From an uncultured Desulfocicer sp. (GTDB lineage Bacteria; Desulfobacterota; Desulfobacteria; Desulfobacterales; SURF-7): a DNA stretch of 51,443 nucleotides. The stretch's first letter is position 1, and each line of letters opens with the position of its first letter. The notes beneath the pieces are model-generated. The model saw only the letters and a program-made list of their open reading frames with translations. It did not search any database and was not told where the DNA came from. The translations under genes were made by a program, and so were the position numbers. The DNA lies in the NCBI GenBank assembly GCA_964437395.1, contig CAYTGW010000002.1, positions 1 through 51,443 on the forward strand, read 5' to 3'. Below, one piece after another: positions 44,549-51,443 of this stretch.

Positions 44549-45385
44549 ATGAAAAAAAAGAAAAATACAATCATCAATTTGTTTCGATTCGGCATGCATC
44601 TTGTGAATCCGCTCAGAGACCGACCCGTTCGATTGATTCTCTTTCTATTGATTACCATTCTGCTCGTGAGTCCTGGTATTGGAAGCAGCGCCGGCCTCAC
44701 GATACCCTCACTGAACCTGAGTGTGGAAAAAACAGATGACCCGGGCAAGGTTGCTGTTGTTCTTGAAATCGTTGCGTTGTTGACTATCCTTTCGCTAGCA
44801 CCGGCCATCCTGGTTCTCATGACTTCATTTACAAGAATTGTGATCGTTTTTCACTTTCTCCGTCAGGCGATCGGTACCCAGCAAAGCCCTCCCAATCAGA
44901 TTTTAATCGGTCTTTCCCTTTTCCTTACCTTTTTCATCATGACTCCTGTATGGCAAAATATTTATCAAAATGCCCTGAGCCCATACCTGGATGAAAAAAT
45001 GACCTATCAGGAAGCATTCACCAAAGCACAAGCCCCCTTGCGGAAATTCATGCTGAAAAATACCCGTGAAAAAGACCTTGCTCTCTTTGTCAAAGCTTCC
45101 AAGACAAAACGCCCTCAGACACCGGATGATCTCTCTTTGCTCACGCTGACACCGGCTTTTGTGATCAGTGAACTGAAAACCGCTTTTATTATCGGGTTTG
45201 TACTGTATATACCTTTTTTAATAATCGATATGGTTGTGGCAAGCGTTCTCCTGTCCATGGGTATGATGATGCTGCCTCCGATTATGATATCACTCCCGTT
45301 CAAACTAATGTTGTTTGTCCTTGTAGACGGATGGCACATGATTGTCGGGTCCATGCTGAACAGTTTTGGAATGTTTATGATATGA
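44549..45385 (+). CDS. fliP: flagellar export apparatus protein FliP
   Basis: Long signal/leader region, then TSFTRIVIVFHFLRQAIGTQQSPPNQILIGLSLFLTFFIM and the FliP C-terminal TM pair. The ORF track starts at TTG 44540. Confidence 0.94.
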   Translation: MKKKKNTIINLFRFGMHLVNPLRDRPVRLILFLLITILLVSPGIGSSAGLTIPSLNLSVEKTDDPGKVAVVLEIVALLTILSLAPAILVLMTSFTRIVIVFHFLRQAIGTQQSPPNQILIGLSLFLTFFIMTPVWQNIYQNALSPYLDEKMTYQEAFTKAQAPLRKFMLKNTREKDLALFVKASKTKRPQTPDDLSLLTLTPAFVISELKTAFIIGFVLYIPFLIIDMVVASVLLSMGMMMLPPIMISLPFKLMLFVLVDGWHMIVGSMLNSFGMFMI

Positions 45386-45651
45386 CTCCTGAATTTGTTG
45401 TCAATCTTGCAAAAGAAGCCATCATCCTTACCATTATCGTTTCCTTGCCGATGCTTGGGCTGGGACTTATTGTCGGGATAGCGGTAAGTGTTTTTCAGGC
45501 TGTGACATCTATTCAGGAAATGACCCTCTCTTTTATTCCGAAAATTCTTGCTGTTTTTCTTGGTCTTCTCTTTTTTGCACCATGGATGCTGGAAAAGCTG
45601 ACAACATTTACACAAAAGCTTATTGCCAATATTCCCATGTACATCCGGTAG
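45382..45651 (+). CDS. fliQ: flagellar export apparatus protein FliQ
   Basis: 89-aa two-TM protein (..FQAVTSIQEMTLSFIPKI..). Its ATG overlaps the fliP stop (ATATGA). Confidence 0.93.
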   Translation: MTPEFVVNLAKEAIILTIIVSLPMLGLGLIVGIAVSVFQAVTSIQEMTLSFIPKILAVFLGLLFFAPWMLEKLTTFTQKLIANIPMYIR

Positions 45652-45688
45652 CTTTCTAACAGGCTCTGTTTGAGCTGACAAAATTAAC

Positions 45689-46477
45689 ATGACTGAAATT
45701 ATAGACATTTCGCCTGATCAGTTTAAAATCTTTCTGCTTGTACTGACAAGGGTCAGTGTGATCCTGTTCCTGTTCCCGATTTTCGGAACCCAGGTACTTC
45801 CGGGACTTGTGAAAGCCGGTCTTTCACTTATGATCTCATTGGGATTATATACTGTGGTAACCGTGGATCCTCGGTATTTTCCAGATTCCATTGTCGGTTT
45901 TACCATTTTTATGGTTTCCGAACTGATCATCGGAGCAATCCTGGGTCTGAGCGTTCGCATGTTCTTATCAGCCGTTCAGCTTGCAGGACAACTCATCAGC
46001 TTTCAAATGGGATTTGCAATGATCAATGTTATTGACCCGCAGACCGGAGGTCAGGTATCGATCCTTGACGAAATCGGCTACTGGATGGTGCTTCTCATTT
46101 TTCTACTTCTGGGCGGCCATCATATCATGATTTATGCTCTTGCTGAAAGTTTTCAACTTATTGATATGGGAATGATTTCCTTAAACAAAGAGCTACTGAT
46201 GAAGTTCGTGACACTTTCGTCGGATATCTTTATCATTTCCTTGAAAATCGGAGCTCCCGCAATTGTTGCACTGCTTTTTGTCAGCACCGCCTTTGGTCTG
46301 AGTGCAAAATTTTCACCACAGATGAATATCCTCATTGCTGCTTTTCCGATACAGATCGTTGTCGGTCTTATCTTTTTCGGAATTACACTCCAGATTATCG
46401 TCATCGTAACCCGGTCCTACCTTTTGCAGCTTCCACATCTATTCATCACCATTTTAACATTATTGGGTTCTAAGTAG
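45689..46477 (+). CDS. fliR: flagellar export apparatus protein FliR
   Basis: 262-aa polytopic protein with RVSVILFLFPIFG and QLAGQLISFQMGFAMINVIDPQ motifs. Confidence 0.93.
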   Translation: MTEIIDISPDQFKIFLLVLTRVSVILFLFPIFGTQVLPGLVKAGLSLMISLGLYTVVTVDPRYFPDSIVGFTIFMVSELIIGAILGLSVRMFLSAVQLAGQLISFQMGFAMINVIDPQTGGQVSILDEIGYWMVLLIFLLLGGHHIMIYALAESFQLIDMGMISLNKELLMKFVTLSSDIFIISLKIGAPAIVALLFVSTAFGLSAKFSPQMNILIAAFPIQIVVGLIFFGITLQIIVIVTRSYLLQLPHLFITILTLLGSK

Positions 46478-46488
46478 CAGGATGAAAA

Positions 46489-47556
46489 ATGGCAGAAGAT
46501 AGTTTTCAGGAAAAAACCGAACAGGCCACCCCGCGAAAACTCCAAAAGAGCAGAGAAGAGGGGCAGGTCGTAAAAAGCGTTGAAATTCAGTCGGTTCTTG
46601 TTCTGCTTTCCGGATTGCTTGCGCTATATGGATTCGGCTTTTTCTATTACAAAGAATTCCTTTCCGTCATGCGGCACAGTTTTACATTTCACCATATACC
46701 GGAAATGAACCTCAGCCAGTGTGTAACATTGATCCACAAATACGGATTTCGAACGCTTATTATTCTATCTCCGATTTTTACCGCCGTCTTTATCATGGCC
46801 CTGTTGAGTGGATTTGTCCAGGTCGGTTTTGTGATCGCCCTGAAGGCAATTGAACCCAACTGGAGCAAAATAAGCATGATTAAAGGCTTCGAAAGATTGT
46901 TTTCATCAAAATCTTTTTTCGAGGCCATCAAGTCCATCTTCAAGCTGGCAATCATTGGACTGATTTCCTGGTATATTGTCAAGGATGAAACATCCAAAAT
47001 TAAAATGCTGTACAGCACAAGTATTGACCATATTCTTTTATACACCCTGCGGGTCGCTTTCAAAATTTTTTTCTGGGTCATCATTGTAATGATCTTTCTG
47101 GCGATTATCGATTATCTGTTTCAACGATGGCAATTCATGAACCAGATGAAAATGACCAAGCAGGAAGTAAAAGAAGAATCCAAACAGAGCGAAGGGGATC
47201 CTCAGGTTAAATCACGGATCAAAACACTCCAGTACCAGGCTGCTAGAAAAAGGATGATGCAGGAAGTCCCGAAATCAGATGTTGTTGTCACAAACCCGAC
47301 TCATCTGGCAATCGCCATCCAATATGATGCCTCTAAAATGAATGTGCCTAAGGTTGTCGCAAAAGGTGCCGGCTTGATTGCAGAGAGAATAAAGACAGTT
47401 GCATACGAACACGATGTTCCTGTGGTTGAAAACAAAGAGTTGGCTCAAAATTTGTATAAGTTAATCGATATCGGGGATGAAATCCCGGCGCAATTTTTTC
47501 AGGCTGTCGCAGAACTGCTCGCATATGTTTATAAACTTAAAGGAAAAACCTCATGA
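46489..47556 (+). CDS. flhB: flagellar export switch protein FlhB
   Basis: EKTEQATPRKLQKSREEGQV N-terminus and the NPTH autocleavage site (VVTNPTHLA). 355 aa. Confidence 0.95.
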   Translation: MAEDSFQEKTEQATPRKLQKSREEGQVVKSVEIQSVLVLLSGLLALYGFGFFYYKEFLSVMRHSFTFHHIPEMNLSQCVTLIHKYGFRTLIILSPIFTAVFIMALLSGFVQVGFVIALKAIEPNWSKISMIKGFERLFSSKSFFEAIKSIFKLAIIGLISWYIVKDETSKIKMLYSTSIDHILLYTLRVAFKIFFWVIIVMIFLAIIDYLFQRWQFMNQMKMTKQEVKEESKQSEGDPQVKSRIKTLQYQAARKRMMQEVPKSDVVVTNPTHLAIAIQYDASKMNVPKVVAKGAGLIAERIKTVAYEHDVPVVENKELAQNLYKLIDIGDEIPAQFFQAVAELLAYVYKLKGKTS

Positions 47557-47703
47557 CACTTTTTATTCTGACCATGGACAAGCTCCACAGCATAGAATGA
47601 TACGTCATTCTTTTAACATGGATGTCAAAATATGGTCGACCCAGACCGGAATTTCCTTTCAAATAAACCTTGATCTGTATTGCGCTGAAAGCAGGAGTAT
47701 TGG

Positions 47704-49803
47704 ATGAAAAATGAAATCATCAAAACGCTGAAGGACCTCGTAAAAGACTCATCAGACATGGCAATGGTGGTTGCCGTGATTGGTATCCTCTGTGCGATGC
47801 TGTTGCCACTCCATCCGGTGATACTGGATCTTTTATTGGCGCTGAACATAACCATCGCAATCATTATCCTCATCACTACCATGTATACGATTTCACCATT
47901 GGAATTTTCAATTTTTCCATCTGTCCTGCTGGTGATTACCCTGTTCCGCCTTGCATTGAATGTTGCCTCAACCCGTCTGATTCTTCTGCATGGCAGTGAA
48001 GGAAGCCTGGCAGCGGGAGCCATTATCAAATCTTTTGGCAGCTTTGTTGTCGGAGGCAATTATGTTATCGGAATGATCATCTTTGTCATTCTGGTCTTGA
48101 TTAATTTTATTGTTATCACCAAAGGCTCCGGCCGGATCGCTGAAGTTGCCGCCCGGTTTACACTGGATGGAATGCCCGGCAAACAAATGGCCATTGACGC
48201 GGATTTAAATGCCGGCATTATTGATGAAAATGAAGCCCGTGAACGGAGAAAAATGATTGCAAAAGAGTCGGAATTCCACGGTGCAATGGATGGTGCAAGC
48301 AAGTTTGTGCGCGGGGATGCCATTGCCGGAATTATTATCACTGCAATCAATATTATCGGCGGATTTGTAATTGGTGTGTTTCAACAAGACATGAGTATGA
48401 TTGATGCGGCAAAAAACTACACTCTGCTTACGGTGGGTGATGGTCTTGTTACTCAGATCCCGGCACTCATTATCTCCACCTCTGCCGGTCTTCTCGTATC
48501 CCGGGCAGCATCAGAAGATCGAATGGGCAAAGAATTTTTAAAACATATTTTTTCCACCCCAAATCCCATATACATTGGAGCGATTATCGTCTTCATGCTC
48601 GGGATGGTTCCCGGATTACCAGCCTTTCCCTTTATGACTCTCTCGATGATTCTCATCGGAACAGTTTACTATTATCACAATGTATCCGGAAAAAAGAAGA
48701 GAGAAGCACTGCCTGAAGAGGCTGGTAAAGAAAAAACTGCACCTACCGGACCCGAAGAGGTTGAACACTTATTAACCCTTGACGCAATGGAACTTGAGGT
48801 TGGTTATGGATTGATACCGCTGGTTGACAGTGAACAAACCGGTGATCTTTTGGGTCGAATTCGAGCCATTCGAAGACAGTTTGCAACCGAGATTGGAATC
48901 ATCATTCCGCCGATTCATATCCGTGATAACCTCAAATTAAAGCCTTCTGAATATCGACTGCTGATTAAAGGTGTCCAGATGGCTGGTGCCGAGCTTATGG
49001 TAAATCATCTCCTGGCCATGGACCCCGGTAATGTTACCCGGAAGATAGAAGGAATTCCCACAACAGAACCTGCATTCAACCTTCCGGCATTATGGATTCC
49101 GCCGGAAAGGGAAGAGGATGCCAAATTTAATGGATATACCGTTGTTGACAACTCTACGGTTATTGCTACCCATCTTACTGAAGTGATCCGGAATAATGCT
49201 TCAGACCTTCTGGGAAGACAGGAAGTACAACATCTTCTTGATAATCTTGCAAAAACCTATCCAAAAGCGGTTGAGGAGCTGGTTCCGGCGCAACTTCCCC
49301 TTGGCATACTTCAAAAAGTATTACAGAATCTTTTACGGGAAAGAGTATCCATCCGGGACTTATTAACAATTGTCGAGGTGCTTGCGGATTATGCTTCAAA
49401 AAGCAAAGATCCGGATCTACTGACAGAATATGTAAGGCAAAAATTAGCCCGATCCATGCTAAGCCCCTATGTTCAGGATGAAGGTGTGCTACCTGTTATC
49501 ACTGTTGATCAGGAAGTGGAAAATGTTCTTTCTAAATCCATACAGCATACGGAACACGGATCATACCTTGCTGCAGAGCCCAAGATCGTGGATTCAATTG
49601 TGGGTTCCATTAAAGAGGAGATTGAAAAAATTATGGCGATCAGCATTCAGCCGATCATTCTCTGTTCTCCTGTATTGAGGCGTCACCTGAGAAAACTTGT
49701 AGAACAATTTGCGCCATCTGTGTTTGTTTTTTCGCATGCTGAAATTCAGCAGAACATTCATGTTAAATCAACCGGTAAGGTAATGTTACGACATGGTCGT
49801 TAG
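47704..49803 (+). CDS. flhA: flagellar export gate protein FlhA
   Basis: FHIPEP family: RFTLDGMPGKQMAIDADL, FVRGDAIAGIII, and the cytoplasmic C-terminal ring domain. 699 aa. AGGAG RBS. Confidence 0.97.
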   Translation: MKNEIIKTLKDLVKDSSDMAMVVAVIGILCAMLLPLHPVILDLLLALNITIAIIILITTMYTISPLEFSIFPSVLLVITLFRLALNVASTRLILLHGSEGSLAAGAIIKSFGSFVVGGNYVIGMIIFVILVLINFIVITKGSGRIAEVAARFTLDGMPGKQMAIDADLNAGIIDENEARERRKMIAKESEFHGAMDGASKFVRGDAIAGIIITAINIIGGFVIGVFQQDMSMIDAAKNYTLLTVGDGLVTQIPALIISTSAGLLVSRAASEDRMGKEFLKHIFSTPNPIYIGAIIVFMLGMVPGLPAFPFMTLSMILIGTVYYYHNVSGKKKREALPEEAGKEKTAPTGPEEVEHLLTLDAMELEVGYGLIPLVDSEQTGDLLGRIRAIRRQFATEIGIIIPPIHIRDNLKLKPSEYRLLIKGVQMAGAELMVNHLLAMDPGNVTRKIEGIPTTEPAFNLPALWIPPEREEDAKFNGYTVVDNSTVIATHLTEVIRNNASDLLGRQEVQHLLDNLAKTYPKAVEELVPAQLPLGILQKVLQNLLRERVSIRDLLTIVEVLADYASKSKDPDLLTEYVRQKLARSMLSPYVQDEGVLPVITVDQEVENVLSKSIQHTEHGSYLAAEPKIVDSIVGSIKEEIEKIMAISIQPIILCSPVLRRHLRKLVEQFAPSVFVFSHAEIQQNIHVKSTGKVMLRHGR

Positions 49804-50884
49804 AAAATATCAAACAAAAAGTATCCAGGAAGGGGTCAGTAAAATCAAAAAAGAACTGGGCCCGAATGCGATGATACTGTCTACAAAATGTATTCGAAAA
49901 AACACCGTAGATCCATACGGAAAAGATCGATTTGAAATTACCGCGATTCCAGGTCAGTCAGCGGAGGAAGGTTATCCAAAAAATACAAAAACCATCCGTG
50001 AGGAAATCGCAAGCATCAAAGAAGTGCTGTTCCTGCTTGCTCAGCCAAATGGGCTCCCTGAAGCGTTTCAAAGCTGCCCGGACAGTTTCAAGATGTATTC
50101 CAGCCTCATCCGATCCGGAATCTCTGAAAAACGGGTCAACCATTTTTTTCATAAAGCGTTCCAGAATCCGGCCAATCAAAATCTAAAGAATGTCGAAATT
50201 GCCAAACAGATTTACAAAACTGTTTTTGATTCCATTACAGTATCCAACCCATTTCAAACAAATTATGGTCCAAAGCCTTCCGAAACGCCAAAGTTCGCCG
50301 TACTAATCGGCCCGACCGGTGTCGGCAAAACCACTACCATTGCCAAACTGGCTGCCGATCTTTGTTTACAACAAAGAAAAAAGGTTGGGCTCATCTCTGT
50401 TGACAATTATCGGATCGGTGCGGTTGAACAACTGAAAACATATGCATCCATCATCGGGATTCCCTGCTTGACCGCATTTTCAAAAGAAGACATAACCGCC
50501 GCAATTTACAAACTCAAAAACAGGGATTTTGTACTGGTGGATACAGCAGGTCACAGCCACCTGGATAAAGAAAGAATGGCCGAGCTTGTCTCTCTTCTGA
50601 GTGAAAAATTTTCCGGCTCCTGCCATCTGGTTCTAAGTGCGACAACCAAACAACCGGATATGAAAGATGCTGTTAAATACTTTTCCAGCTTAAACCCGCA
50701 AACATACATATTCACAAAAATCGATGAAACCAGACAACGTGGAGGAATCCTTGACCAGATTCTTGATTATGCACTTCCGATCTCCTTTGTGACAACCGGT
50801 CAGAAAGTACCGGAAGACATTATCGCTGCAACAAAGCAGAATATTTCGAGGCTGATATTTAACCGCAGCCGGTATTTATCTTAG
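49793..50884 (+). CDS. flhF: flagellar SRP-type GTPase FlhF
   Basis: NG domain with GPTGVGKTTTIAKLA, DTAGHS and TKIDET motifs. The start overlaps the end of flhA. Confidence 0.9.
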   Translation: MVVRKYQTKSIQEGVSKIKKELGPNAMILSTKCIRKNTVDPYGKDRFEITAIPGQSAEEGYPKNTKTIREEIASIKEVLFLLAQPNGLPEAFQSCPDSFKMYSSLIRSGISEKRVNHFFHKAFQNPANQNLKNVEIAKQIYKTVFDSITVSNPFQTNYGPKPSETPKFAVLIGPTGVGKTTTIAKLAADLCLQQRKKVGLISVDNYRIGAVEQLKTYASIIGIPCLTAFSKEDITAAIYKLKNRDFVLVDTAGHSHLDKERMAELVSLLSEKFSGSCHLVLSATTKQPDMKDAVKYFSSLNPQTYIFTKIDETRQRGGILDQILDYALPISFVTTGQKVPEDIIAATKQNISRLIFNRSRYLS

Positions 50885-50909
50885 AATAAAGAAAAAGGGG
50901 AGATAAAAA

Positions 50910-51443
50910 TTGGATCAGGCAAACCGTTTACGTGAAATCATAAAAACCGAAATTCACCAGCAAAAAAAAGCAAGTTTAAAACCACATCCGTTATCCCAAG
51001 GACTCACCTTTCCAAGGGTTATCGCTGTGACCAGCGGGAAGGGAGGGGTAGGAAAAACCAATATCGTTGGCAACCTTGCCATTGCTTTTACCCGATTGGG
51101 CAAAAAAGTTATCGTGCTGGATGCAGATCTTGGGCTTGCCAATATTGACATATTATTCAGGATTCATCCCCGTTACCATATGGGGCACGTGATCAACGGC
51201 GAAAAAGAACTATCCGAAGTCATGGCAGACGGACCTGAGGGAATCCGAATCATTCCGGCCGGATCAGGCTTTACAGACTTTACCCATCTTACCGAAGGAC
51301 AGAAACTGAACATCCTGAGCGAATTTGAATCGCTGGACGAATTGGTTGATATCTTTCTCATCGACACAGGGGCTGGGATCTCTTCCAACGTAATCTATTT
51401 TAATTTAGCTGCGGATGAATGTGTTATTGTGGCAACCGACGAA
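50910..51443 (+). CDS. flhG: MinD/ParA-type ATPase FlhG (FleN/YlxH), 3'-truncated by the window edge
   Basis: Not in the ORF track because the frame is open-ended. TTG 50910 follows AAGGGGAGA. The N-terminal DQANRLR matches the FlhG DQAxxLR FlhF-activating motif. The deviant Walker A is TSGKGGVGKT. Also LDADLGLANIDIL. Confidence 0.88.
   Translation, partial: MDQANRLREIIKTEIHQQKKASLKPHPLSQGLTFPRVIAVTSGKGGVGKTNIVGNLAIAFTRLGKKVIVLDADLGLANIDILFRIHPRYHMGHVINGEKELSEVMADGPEGIRIIPAGSGFTDFTHLTEGQKLNILSEFESLDELVDIFLIDTGAGISSNVIYFNLAADECVIVATDE

Noticed and set aside
45115-45708. 197-aa minus-strand ORF
   Set aside because: It is entirely antisense to fliP, fliQ and the fliR start, which have unambiguous homology. 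Its basic, low-complexity translation is typical of a shadow frame.
1-51443. Search for CRISPR arrays, tRNA/rRNA genes, transposases/integrases, toxin-antitoxin or defence-system genes
   Set aside because: I found no direct-repeat/spacer arrays, no cloverleaf-like or rRNA-like segments in intergenic regions, and no ORF with recombinase, nuclease-defence or TA hallmarks. RadC here sits in a housekeeping context (gyrA-gpsA-radC-pgk) rather than on a mobile element.

Overview
Moderately AT-rich bacterial chromosomal window with no rRNA, tRNA, CRISPR or transposase genes that I could recognise. It has three parts. (1) 1-13.3 kb holds housekeeping genes: pgk 5' end, a small Cys-rich ORF, radC, gpsA and gyrA on the minus strand, then an AI-2E family transporter, thiolase, an NRDE-family protein, an orphan receiver, pepA, and purH split into two genes. 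(2) 13.6-18.5 kb is a signalling block: a REC-GAF-HD-GYP c-di-GMP phosphodiesterase, two PilZ proteins, CheX, CheY, and a receiver-less sigma54 activator translationally coupled to cheY. (3) 18.7-51.4 kb is a flagellar supercluster in Bacillus/spirochaete-like order (flgBC-fliEFGHIJ-ylxF-fliK-flgDE ... motA-motB'-motB-fliLMNOPQR-flhBAFG). I read five near-consensus sigma54 (-24 GG / -12 TTGCT) promoters in it. The most unusual content lies in and around this cluster. FlgE is 1139 aa and carries a ~700-aa insertion with tandem DxDxDG-like modules. A divergent sigma54-driven two-gene operon (FlgP/LPP20-like lipoprotein with a glycine-zipper tail, plus a secreted protein of four Ig-like repeats) sits exactly between flgE and motA. 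There are two MotB paralogues, and the first lacks the essential transmembrane Asp. A secreted 846-aa AMIN+TPR protein is coupled to a FlrC-like regulator. fliO contains an A14 homopolymer. Together these suggest an elaborated flagellar motor scaffold that has not been characterised; this is inference. The sigma54-dependent flagellar layout and gene content are compatible with a Desulfobacterota-like organism, but taxonomy cannot be established from the window alone. All homology calls come from reading the translations, with no database search.
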